Below are positions 10,211 to 18,495 of a stretch of 64,000 nt of DNA, piece after piece. This DNA comes from Chloroflexia bacterium. Lineage in GTDB: Bacteria > Chloroflexota > Chloroflexia > QHBQ01 > JADMIH01. The translations under genes and the position numbers were made by a program. The notes beneath the pieces are model-generated. The model was not told where the DNA came from. It made no database searches and was given only the letters and a program-made list of their open reading frames with translations. Positions within the stretch are counted from its first letter, which is position 1. Every line of letters begins with the position of its first letter. The DNA is taken from positions 64,590 through 128,589 of the forward strand of contig JBBRDO010000001.1 of the NCBI GenBank assembly GCA_038203825.1, read 5' to 3'.

Positions 10211-10255
10211 AGGCAACACTTGGCTCGCCCATCGGAGCAGAGCCAAGTGTTGCCT
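10211..10255 (+). terminator. Perfect 16-bp stem hairpin downstream of the wall hydrolase gene (terminator-like, no U-tract)
   Basis: AGGCAACACTTGGCTC (10211-10226) and GAGCCAAGTGTTGCCT (10240-10255) are exact reverse complements around a 13-nt loop. The hairpin starts 15 nt after the stop codon. Confidence 0.5.
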
Positions 10256-10376
10256 TGCGCAACGGGAAATCGATAATGATAGGGCCAACCTAGAGTACCT
10301 CGGAAGCGCACGCGATGCCGCTATGGTTTATAATAGTGTTTGATGGCTTTCTAAAATCTGCTTTCGGAGGATACGA

Positions 10377-11441
10377 ATGGCTCTGTCAACGGACGCTGGC
10401 AACGGTGCCACAATGCCCGACCAACAAGCTGAACTCGGCGGTACCGCCGATGCTCGGGACATCTATGACGTGACGATTATTGGGGCCGGTCCAACCGGCC
10501 TATTTGGTGCATTTTACGCCGGGATGCGCACAATGAGAACCAAGATCATTGATGCTTTGCCTGAACCCGGGGGGCAGCTAACCGCTCTTTACCCCGAGAA
10601 ACTCATCTTTGATGCCCCGGGGTTTCCAAAGGTGATCGCGAAAGACCTGGTCAAGTTGCTGATGGAGCAGGCCGTGCAATGGAACCCGGCCGTTTGCCTG
10701 GGTGAGCGCGTGATGTCTCTGGCCCAGGATACCGACGGCATCTGGATACTGACTACCGACAAGATCACGCACTACACGCGCACGGTCGTAGTAGCAGCAG
10801 GCGTCGGCGCATTCGCACCAAACAAGTTGGCGGTTGCCGATGTTGAGAAGTACGAAGGCAACAGCCTCTTCTACTTTGTTAAGGAGAAGGCAGCTTTCAA
10901 GGGTAAGCGACTCTTGATTGTGGGAGGTGGCGATTCGGCCGTGGACTGGGCTATCAACCTTCACGGGGTTGCAGAGGCGATCACACTCGTCCACCGCCGC
11001 GACGAGTTCCGCGCGCACGAGAGCTCAGTTACGGAGATGCGGGCTCTGCCTATCGACATACTTACGCCGTTCGAAGTGAAATCGGTTGTCGGCAACGGCA
11101 AGATTGAGAAGGTTGTTATTTTCAACAACCAGACCAAAGAGGAAACCGCTCTGGATGTGGATGCGATCCTGGTGAACGTTGGCTTCAAAGCTGATATCGG
11201 CCCGATTCGCGAGTGGGGTCTGGAGCTTGACAAGAAAGGCCGTGGTGTCGTGGTGAATTTCCGCATGGAAACCAACCTGCCCGGGGTCTTTGCCGCCGGT
11301 GACATTGCTGCCGAGGAAGTCAAAATGAACCTTATCGCGACAGGCTACGGGCAGGCTGCCATGGCCGTCAACGTCGCCAAGAACTTCGTTGACCCCAAGT
11401 CCAGCATCTTCCCCGGTCACAGTAGCGAGAAGTTGTCATGA
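10377..11441 (+). CDS. Ferredoxin-NADP+ reductase, thioredoxin-reductase-like type
   Basis: 354 aa. Motifs: YDVTIIGAGPTGLFGAFYAG, PGGQLTALYPEK.IFD.PGFP, a second dinucleotide site LIVGGGDSAVDWA, and FAAGDIA. This pattern matches YumC-type FNR. Confidence 0.8.
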   Translation: MALSTDAGNGATMPDQQAELGGTADARDIYDVTIIGAGPTGLFGAFYAGMRTMRTKIIDALPEPGGQLTALYPEKLIFDAPGFPKVIAKDLVKLLMEQAVQWNPAVCLGERVMSLAQDTDGIWILTTDKITHYTRTVVVAAGVGAFAPNKLAVADVEKYEGNSLFYFVKEKAAFKGKRLLIVGGGDSAVDWAINLHGVAEAITLVHRRDEFRAHESSVTEMRALPIDILTPFEVKSVVGNGKIEKVVIFNNQTKEETALDVDAILVNVGFKADIGPIREWGLELDKKGRGVVVNFRMETNLPGVFAAGDIAAEEVKMNLIATGYGQAAMAVNVAKNFVDPKSSIFPGHSSEKLS

Positions 11442-12931
11442 GCGTTCAGGCCCCTCCCAATCTCAGACTGGTCAGTGGAGCTCTCGGAGATATCGACTCG
11501 GACCTTCTGGTTGTGCTTCACGGGCAAGACGGCGGAATGAACGGACTTGCAGGTGAGGTTGACAAAGTTACGGATGGCGCTGTCAAGGCGCTCATCGACG
11601 GTGGCTCTCTGACGGGCCGCGCTTTTTCGACCGAGTGGTTCTATCCGGCGCCCATCAAAACTAAGCGCATTTTGCTGCTGGGATCGGGCAAGGCCGACGA
11701 ATTGAACGTACGCACCCTGAGAAGATTGGCGGCAGCGGCGGTGCGGCACGCACGTGCGAAGAAGGCGCAACGAGTCTGTCTGGCGTTTGATTGGCCCTCT
11801 TCGATCGATAATACTGCTGCAATCCAGGCATTGGCTGATGGTGCTGTCACGGGCCTCGCCGACTCGGATTTGTACAAGGATCACGAGAAGAAGGGCACGA
11901 TCCTGGAGGTAAGCATCTGGTCCGAAAATGTAACCGATACCGCGGCAAAGGCAATGGAACGCGGGAGCAGGATCGCTCAAGAAATCAACTTCGGCCGATG
12001 GCTCGCGGACGAGCCCAGCAACATCATGTACCCTTCCCGAGTGGCCGATGAGGTCTCGCACCGTGCCGACAAGCTAGGCATCAAGTGGTCTGTATTGGGT
12101 GAGGACGAAATACGCGTTGCGGGGATGGGGTCGCTTCTGAGCGTAACACAGGGTAGCGCTCGCGCGCCACGTGTTGTCGTCCTTGAATACCGGGGCGGCG
12201 CGGACGATGGCGAAACACTTGCGTTTGTCGGCAAGGGCGTTACGTTCGACACGGGCGGCATTTCGATAAAGCCGGCCGCCGACATGCATTACATGAAGTA
12301 CGATATGTGCGGCGCCGCTGCCGCTGTGTCCGCGCTATTCGCGCTCGCGTCGCTTGGCGCCAGGGTAAACGCGCTGGCTGTTGTGGGTCTAGTCGAGAAC
12401 ATGCCTAGCGGTACTGCTATGAGGCCCGGCGACGTGGTTCGCGCAGCGAACGGCAAGAGTATAGAGATAATCAATACCGACGCTGAAGGCAGGCTGGTCC
12501 TGGCCGATGTGCTCGATCTCGCGCGCAAGCTTGGGGGCAGCAAGCTCGTGGACATTGCCACCCTGACGGGTGCGATAAAGGTTGCGTTGGGAACGGCAGC
12601 GGCTGGCGCTATGGGCTCGCCCCAGGCGTGGGTTGACACCGTAATTGCAGCATCGGAGCGCGCCGGCGAAAAACTGTGGCCGATGCCGCTTTATCCGGAG
12701 TACTTCGACCAGATAAAGAGCAACATTGCTGATATGATGAACAGCGGCGGCCGGTATGGAGGGGCGCTGACCGCCGGCATCTTCCTCAAACAATTCGTCG
12801 GGGACACGCCGTGGGTACACCTCGATGTGGCGGGCACTGCGTGGACTGAAAAAGACTCTGCTTGGCAGATGAAGGGTGCCACCGGTTCGATGGTCCGGAC
12901 ACTGGTGGAACTGGCAAGCGCGCAGAAGTAA
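11438..12931 (+). CDS. pepA: Leucyl aminopeptidase (M17)
   Basis: 497 aa. M17 catalytic-domain motifs: VGKGVTFDTGGISIKP, MKYDMCGAAA, NTDAEGRLVLAD. Its ATG overlaps the FNR stop (ATGA). Confidence 0.9.
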   Translation: MSVQAPPNLRLVSGALGDIDSDLLVVLHGQDGGMNGLAGEVDKVTDGAVKALIDGGSLTGRAFSTEWFYPAPIKTKRILLLGSGKADELNVRTLRRLAAAAVRHARAKKAQRVCLAFDWPSSIDNTAAIQALADGAVTGLADSDLYKDHEKKGTILEVSIWSENVTDTAAKAMERGSRIAQEINFGRWLADEPSNIMYPSRVADEVSHRADKLGIKWSVLGEDEIRVAGMGSLLSVTQGSARAPRVVVLEYRGGADDGETLAFVGKGVTFDTGGISIKPAADMHYMKYDMCGAAAAVSALFALASLGARVNALAVVGLVENMPSGTAMRPGDVVRAANGKSIEIINTDAEGRLVLADVLDLARKLGGSKLVDIATLTGAIKVALGTAAAGAMGSPQAWVDTVIAASERAGEKLWPMPLYPEYFDQIKSNIADMMNSGGRYGGALTAGIFLKQFVGDTPWVHLDVAGTAWTEKDSAWQMKGATGSMVRTLVELASAQK

Positions 12932-12940
12932 AACGCTAGA

Positions 12941-14590
12941 TTACGTAGTCGGCGTTTCCGCCTGTGCCTGGGTCTCGGCTTTTGCCTGCAAACCATCGCC
13001 ACCGGAGCCTGGGTGGAAGCTCCACTCTGCGGGAATATGGATTAAGCCCCAACGCTCCGCCAGGCCCGGGGTCGGCTGAACGTAGAAACTGTAGGCGCGA
13101 TGCTGGTGGTCGAGAGTTTCAGCTATGTCAGCGCCGGTCAGGGCCACAGTAACGTCATACATACCCGCCAGCAGGGGCAGATTATCAATGTGGTAGTCAA
13201 CGTGACCTGTTCCGTCAATGTAAGGGATTTCGAGCCCGCTGAAGCGCGTGTTGGGCCCGTTCAGATGGACGCCGTTCTGCGTATAGAGTGCGATCCCGAA
13301 TACGGGGTTCTCAATACGATCGTGTGCCGCATAGTAAATGCGGATCGTAAATGGCTGGTCTGTCAGGAACGTCTTAATGTCCTGGCCATCCGCATTGAAG
13401 AATCGAACATCGAAGATTTCAGCGCGTCCGCTTGTCCAATGCGTGCCCGGTGCGTCGTATGTGAACTTGCCGACGTTTTCTTCGGTCTCCGGGTCGGCCT
13501 GCTCAGGAGAGTCTTGGCCTGTCTGTCCCTGCTCTTCCAGGTCCTCCTGGGTTGGCTCCTGTATTTCAACAGCAGCGTGAGAGGCGCCCGAGGCGTATCT
13601 GGCTGACGTGCCATCCCGGCGCGCTTCGTATTCCTCGCGGATCCGATCAGCGTGCTTCTCGTTCTCGAAGGTGAGATACTGATCTATAACATCGTTCGCC
13701 GGACCGTCGGCAATTAGCTTGCCGTGATCGAGCCAGATAGCCCGGCTGCACAGGCTGCGCACCGAGTCCAGGGCGTGTGAAACATAGATGATGGTTACGC
13801 CACGCCTGCGCAGTGCAGCTATATAGTCGAGGCATTTGCGCTGGAAAGCTTCATCACCCACAGCCAGGACTTCGTCGGTTAGCAATATATCCGGGTCCAC
13901 ATTGATGGCCACGGCAAACCCCAACCGCATCACCATGCCTGACGAGTAATGTTTGATGGGCGTATCAATGAACTCGCTCATCTCCGCAAAATCGACGATG
14001 GCATCGTATCGATCGGCCATTTCCTTGCGTGGGATGCCCAGTAATGAGCCGTTGAGGAATATATTCTCGCGACCCGTAAGTTCCGGGTGAAAGCCCGTCC
14101 CCAGTTCTAATAACGCCGACACTTTGCCGCGGACGGATACACTGCCCGATGTAGGATCGAGGATGCGCGACACCAGTTTCAGGGTGGTAGATTTTCCCGA
14201 GCCATTCTCGCCGATTATGCCAACTGCTTCCCCCTGGTAGATGCCGAAGTTCACGTCCTTCAATGCCCAGAACTTCTCAGTAGCAGGGCGAGGCATCGGC
14301 TTACCAAGCCGCGAGGGGCTGCGCAGCCCGAAAAGGCTTACCACCATATCCTGGAACGATTGAGGACGCTCGTGTCGCAGAGTGAACTTCTTTGAAACGT
14401 TGCTGAACTTGATTACCTTGGCACGCGCTGGACTTGTTCGCACTGCTACGGCCTGCGGGGGAGTCACCTGCTGCCCAGATTTGGCGCCCGCAACTTGCTC
14501 CTGTGCAGGATGCTTTTCACTGTCTGTAAGCCCATTCGTGTGAATAAGGCCGTCGCTGTTCTCAATCGTTTCTTCTGTACCGTGTGCCAC
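12941..14590 (-). CDS. wzt: Polysaccharide ABC exporter ATP-binding protein (Wzt/TagH-like) with a C-terminal glycan-binding beta-sandwich domain
   Basis: 549 aa. Walker A GENGSGKST, signature YSSGMVMRLGFA, Walker B ILLTDEVLAVGD. An acidic linker is followed by a Wzt_C-like segment (AEIFDVRFFNADGQ...FTIRIYY...NPVFGIALYTQNGVHLNGPNT...LPLLAGMYDVTVAL). Confidence 0.85.
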   Translation of the reverse strand: MAHGTEETIENSDGLIHTNGLTDSEKHPAQEQVAGAKSGQQVTPPQAVAVRTSPARAKVIKFSNVSKKFTLRHERPQSFQDMVVSLFGLRSPSRLGKPMPRPATEKFWALKDVNFGIYQGEAVGIIGENGSGKSTTLKLVSRILDPTSGSVSVRGKVSALLELGTGFHPELTGRENIFLNGSLLGIPRKEMADRYDAIVDFAEMSEFIDTPIKHYSSGMVMRLGFAVAINVDPDILLTDEVLAVGDEAFQRKCLDYIAALRRRGVTIIYVSHALDSVRSLCSRAIWLDHGKLIADGPANDVIDQYLTFENEKHADRIREEYEARRDGTSARYASGASHAAVEIQEPTQEDLEEQGQTGQDSPEQADPETEENVGKFTYDAPGTHWTSGRAEIFDVRFFNADGQDIKTFLTDQPFTIRIYYAAHDRIENPVFGIALYTQNGVHLNGPNTRFSGLEIPYIDGTGHVDYHIDNLPLLAGMYDVTVALTGADIAETLDHQHRAYSFYVQPTPGLAERWGLIHIPAEWSFHPGSGGDGLQAKAETQAQAETPTT

Positions 14591-14593
14591 TGC

Positions 14594-15433
14594 TTAGATC
14601 TCCTCCCCAAAGCTGTGGCTGAGACGCATGAAAAACAGGTACCCACCCACGAGTAACACAGTACATACAATCAAGTTACGCAGCATGAAGAACGGATCAG
14701 GGCTCGCCGCGTCGCTGTAGTAGAACACTTCTCGGAAGTTCGCCACGAGCGAGGCCATCGGGTTCAAATAGTACATCCAGTTCGCCAGGTCGTGCACAAC
14801 ATCGCGCGCGTCGTAGATGATGGGCGTAAGGAAGAACCACGCGCTCAAGCCAACTTCAACCAGCACGCTCGTATCGCGGAAGAAGACGTTGAGGGCAGAG
14901 ATGAAGAAGCCAAGGCCCGTAAGGAAGATGGTCTGAGTAAGGATCAGCAGAGGAACCCAGAGCAGGTGGGCATTAAAGCAGGCGTACTGGCAATCCGAGC
15001 CAAACGGTGAGCCCGACCCTTCGGGCCTCAAGATGATCATGAACAGTACCAATGCAGGAAGCGCCAGCAGAAAGTTGATCATGTTGGCTAAGACGACTGC
15101 TACTGGGAGCATTTCGCGCGGGAAGTATACCTTCTTTATCAGATAGCCGCTGTTCACAATGCTACCGAGCGTGCCCGTGACTGCCGAAGCGCACCAGTTC
15201 CACGGCAGCAGCGCCACCAGGAAGAAAACGTGATACATCGGGTGTGTGGGGTTATTCTCGCTGCCCAATAACTGCTGGAAAACGAAGGTAAAGACCAGCA
15301 TCAACAGGACGGGGTTCAGGAGCGACCAGAAGAAGCCGAGAACGGAGTGCTTGTATCGCACCTTCAAGTCGCGAACGACAAGGTTATAAAGGAGGTCCCG
15401 ATAGTCTATGGATCGCTTTGCGCGTGCTAACAA
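14594..15433 (-). CDS. wzm: Polysaccharide ABC exporter permease (ABC-2 type, Wzm/TagG-like)
   Basis: 279 aa. The N-terminal motif YRDLLYNLVVRDLKVRYKHSVLGFFWSLLNP is typical of Wzm/TagG. About 6 TM segments. Its stop lies 3 nt before the wzt start. It uses a TTG start. Confidence 0.85.
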   Translation of the reverse strand: MLARAKRSIDYRDLLYNLVVRDLKVRYKHSVLGFFWSLLNPVLLMLVFTFVFQQLLGSENNPTHPMYHVFFLVALLPWNWCASAVTGTLGSIVNSGYLIKKVYFPREMLPVAVVLANMINFLLALPALVLFMIILRPEGSGSPFGSDCQYACFNAHLLWVPLLILTQTIFLTGLGFFISALNVFFRDTSVLVEVGLSAWFFLTPIIYDARDVVHDLANWMYYLNPMASLVANFREVFYYSDAASPDPFFMLRNLIVCTVLLVGGYLFFMRLSHSFGEEI

Positions 15434-15480
15434 ATGAATGACCGCCTTCCGGAAGGTAGGCTAATTAGGGTACTTCAAGG

Positions 15481-15510
15481 ATTATAAGTTGGTACATGCC
15501 GCATAGTCAA
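15481..15510 (-). promoter_or_regulatory. Candidate sigma70 promoter for wzm-wzt
   Basis: The minus strand reads TTGACT (15510-15505), an 18-nt spacer, then TATAAT (15486-15481). It lies about 48 nt upstream of the wzm start codon, in a 362-bp lower-GC gap. Confidence 0.5.
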
Positions 15511-15795
15511 GCAGTGTGCGAAACGGCGCAGGTTCAGCGTACCTACTTTTGGCGCCGCAGTCGGCCTCTAGCCGATGACTCCTATATTGGAACGTTTCAG
15601 CTGAGACGCGGTTCCAACAACGCGTCATTGACATCGCTATTTATGACCGTCAAAGATGTCTATAACGCACCGACCAGCAGCCGATTTTACGAACGAATTG
15701 GCTAAGTGCGTAAAGAGCCATTTGGCAATGCATGTGGCATTTCACACTATTTGCGCGTCAACACGCTTCAGGAAGCCTCGTGACGCCCGTTGCGT

Positions 15796-16779
15796 TTATC
15801 TTGGCGACTTAATTCCGACGAAGACCGGGAATCTGGCCTCTTCGCGTTTTTGGGGCTGCAAAAGAGCTCTAATCCGCCGCCGAACACGTCCGAGAGGGCG
15901 TTCAGTCGATACGACTCGCACTCGAAATCCTGCCTCATGGAGGTGATCCAGAAGTTCAGACTCGACCAGGAAACCGTGCCCACCAGGCAGGTCTGCAGGC
16001 TCACGGCCAAGAACGCGCGACAGTGTTTGACGCTGTTCCATGGCCATTATCACGCCAGGTGCAGGTGCGCTGTAAATCGGACTGTCGGAGATAACGAGCA
16101 TACCGTTTGGGCGAAGTACCCGGTACGCCTCAACCAGCGTTGTTGGAACGTCGGAGTAGTAGAGCGCGGCACTCACCGTACATAAGTCGAAGGCTTGATC
16201 GCCAAACGGCAAGCGATCCATAGAGGCCTGCACGCGATCGAACCATAACTTGTCGTGTTGTATGAACATCAGACCGGTCGTAAGACTGTCACTTCCCTGG
16301 ACATTCAGATCCAGGGCGACCGTGGTAAAGCCGAGCTGAGCCAGGCGGCGGGAGAGCCAGCAGTTGCCCGCGCCGAGGTCAAGTGCCACCGCGCCGTTGG
16401 GATTGCCGAGGTGCCTGTGTAGTTCGTCCTCAATCGCGATCAAGCTGCGCCTGCGTATCCGCCAGATCTGCGCGGTAGGATCGTCTTGGGGGACCTGCGG
16501 TAGGCTCAGATAGTATGCCTCGTCGCGCTCCCAACCCTCCCGTGAGCGCTGCAAAGGGTAGCTTTCGAGAAAAGGCGCAAATCGAGCCCGTTGTTGCTCT
16601 GTAAGCATTCGCCAGATGCCATCGACGCAGTCAAACCGGTCGACGCAGTCAAACCGGTCGACGCAGTCAACACATACGACCGTCGATGGGCGTGTGAGGC
16701 GACACTTCGCACCGCAACGTGGGCAACGCATGAGCTCGCTGAAGCCGACGGTGCGTTGTCGCTCTAAATCGTCCATCAT
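15796..16779 (-). CDS. Class I SAM-dependent methyltransferase with an N-terminal zinc-ribbon (Trm112-like) segment
   Basis: CPRCGAKC...VVCVDC is followed by the SAM-binding motif ALDLGAGNCWLSRRLAQLG and by LRPNGMLVISD. The start MMDDLERQ at 16779 forms an ATGA overlap with the upstream small ORF. The track ORF extends to 16857. Confidence 0.8.
   Translation of the reverse strand: MMDDLERQRTVGFSELMRCPRCGAKCRLTRPSTVVCVDCVDRFDCVDRFDCVDGIWRMLTEQQRARFAPFLESYPLQRSREGWERDEAYYLSLPQVPQDDPTAQIWRIRRRSLIAIEDELHRHLGNPNGAVALDLGAGNCWLSRRLAQLGFTTVALDLNVQGSDSLTTGLMFIQHDKLWFDRVQASMDRLPFGDQAFDLCTVSAALYYSDVPTTLVEAYRVLRPNGMLVISDSPIYSAPAPGVIMAMEQRQTLSRVLGREPADLPGGHGFLVESELLDHLHEAGFRVRVVSTERPLGRVRRRIRALLQPQKREEARFPVFVGIKSPR
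16622..16670. repeat. 18-bp tandem repeat, 2.7 copies, in frame inside the methyltransferase gene
   Basis: TCGACGCAGTCAAACCGG occurs at 16622-16639 and 16640-16657, with a partial copy at 16658-16670. On the minus strand it encodes CVDRFD-CVDRFD-CVDG. Confidence 0.95.
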
Positions 16780-17045
16780 TTGGGGTCCACCGTTGCGAGA
16801 AGGGCTTGCGGCGGGCCCATAGTGCCCGCCACGTTCCGGACAGGCGACGCACTGCACCAGAGGTCATTCCGGCCGAGCGTTGGCTCTCGACCGGCGCACA
16901 CGGCGAAAATCCGCCGGATCCACTTAAGGGCCTCGTCCGAGGCCTCCGGGGCGTTTGTAATCGAGCCGCCCCGCGCAGCTTCCAAAACACAACTTACAGT
17001 CGCAGGGTTGGCGGGCTCGTCTACACAGAAGATCACGTGCGCCAT
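16776..17045 (-). CDS. Hypothetical small protein (89 aa)
   Basis: The ORF MAHVIFCVDEPANPATVSCVLEAARGG... has a TGA stop that overlaps the methyltransferase ATG (ATGA). It fills the gap between the GT-C gene and the methyltransferase. It has no recognisable motif. Confidence 0.3.
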   Translation of the reverse strand: MAHVIFCVDEPANPATVSCVLEAARGGSITNAPEASDEALKWIRRIFAVCAGREPTLGRNDLWCSASPVRNVAGTMGPPQALLATVDPK

Positions 17046-17114
17046 CGTGCTTACAGTATATCAAACTGTACCGGCGTGTTACACAGGAAAGCGAGCAGTT
17101 GGCAATCAGGCGAA

Positions 17115-18476
17115 TTACACACTGGTCAGTTGCGGTACCCAGGGTCTCGGCGGCGGGTGTGCGAGCACTCGGTATAGGAGCTCATCCACACCATAGAGGA
17201 CGATCGGCGCACCGGGCATCGTGTGCTCGCCCATCCAGGTCGCCAGTGGTGCGACCGTGATCGCATAAGGCGCGGCTACCGGCGGCAGCTGTGACTGGAT
17301 CCTGACCGAGGTAATCGCTTCGCTTACACCAGCCAACATATAAACGACAAGTAACAGGGTCGCCGCAACAGATAGGAAGCGCGACTGCCACTCTCGCTGC
17401 CGCAACACGTTGTAGAGAATCACTGCCGTTGCTCCAGCTGCGACGGCCAGTAGTGGAAGCGCTGCCTGCAAATGGAAGCGCCCGTACCTCGGCCAAACCG
17501 GCAGTGTGGCTGCCAAGAGCAGGCTAGGTCCCGCTATCAAGGGTCGTGAATATCTGCCTGCTACGTGCCGCACGCCCAGAGCAGCCCCCGCCAACGTCAA
17601 TGCAACCAGGGGCGCGAATGCCACGAGCAGCCAGAAGCTATCGCCGGAAGGTGGTGCCATGCCGGCTGCCGCGGCGTAATTCCCCTCGAGCGAGTACGTG
17701 ATTATCCAGTATGCAGCTGCGGGACCTGCCCCCTGAGACGTGAGGTAGACCGCCGCGAGGGTTAAAGGCACTAGCATGCCAAAGGCGAATGCCGAGAGAC
17801 GTCGCCACCGCCCTCGCCGTTGCCTGTCCCATGCAAGAGCCAGCAGCACTCCAAGTACAGCAAACACCGCATGCTGTTTCAGCAGCATCGCAACGGCAAG
17901 CAACCCCCCCAACGCGCCGGCCAACGGGATTTCGGTGGCCGCCCGGGTACGGTCAGCGGTATTTGCAGCGTTTTCGTCCTGCAAAACCAGTAAGAGCACG
18001 ATGACAAGGTAGACGGGAGCGAGCGCGCCGTCGTACCACAAGTGATCCGCGTTGGCCCCAACCGCCCAGAATGCCACGCCTGTCAGGGCGACAAGTGCGC
18101 CCCATGCTCCGCACAGTTTCCTCGCCACAATGTAAGTCAGCAACAGCGTCACGGCTCGAAGAGCAACGATGAGGACTCGGAGAGGTAGGCCAGGGTCACC
18201 ATCGAATGGCACCAGTAACCAGGGAAGAAGTGGCGGGTGCTGGTCAATGAGGTCCGTATAAAGTACCCACCCGCGCCTGATCAGCCACGGCAGTAGGGTA
18301 GTCTCAGCATCGACCGAGTATTGCTCATACCAGGCATAGACTAGCGCGGCAACAGCAACAAGGATGGCTAATGGGCCCGCGGCACCGATCCTAAGTCTCC
18401 TCAGTCCTGCGGGTGTGGCGGAACGCCGTTTTTCATCCAAGGCTGCCCGTGACGGGGTGGAACTCGTCTGAGCCAT
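17115..18476 (-). CDS. Polytopic membrane protein, GT-C-like glycosyltransferase (family unresolved), paralog of 23749-25296
   Basis: About 453 aa from MAQTSSTPS (18476), with at least 10 hydrophobic segments. The first-loop motif is LLPWLIRRGWVLYTDLIDQHPPLLPWLL. The C-terminal soluble tail is PIVLYGVDELLYRVLAHPPPRPWVPQL. Confidence 0.6.
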   Translation of the reverse strand: MAQTSSTPSRAALDEKRRSATPAGLRRLRIGAAGPLAILVAVAALVYAWYEQYSVDAETTLLPWLIRRGWVLYTDLIDQHPPLLPWLLVPFDGDPGLPLRVLIVALRAVTLLLTYIVARKLCGAWGALVALTGVAFWAVGANADHLWYDGALAPVYLVIVLLLVLQDENAANTADRTRAATEIPLAGALGGLLAVAMLLKQHAVFAVLGVLLALAWDRQRRGRWRRLSAFAFGMLVPLTLAAVYLTSQGAGPAAAYWIITYSLEGNYAAAAGMAPPSGDSFWLLVAFAPLVALTLAGAALGVRHVAGRYSRPLIAGPSLLLAATLPVWPRYGRFHLQAALPLLAVAAGATAVILYNVLRQREWQSRFLSVAATLLLVVYMLAGVSEAITSVRIQSQLPPVAAPYAITVAPLATWMGEHTMPGAPIVLYGVDELLYRVLAHPPPRPWVPQLTSV

Positions 18477-18495
18477 CAAATGCCTGGGCCGCGCA

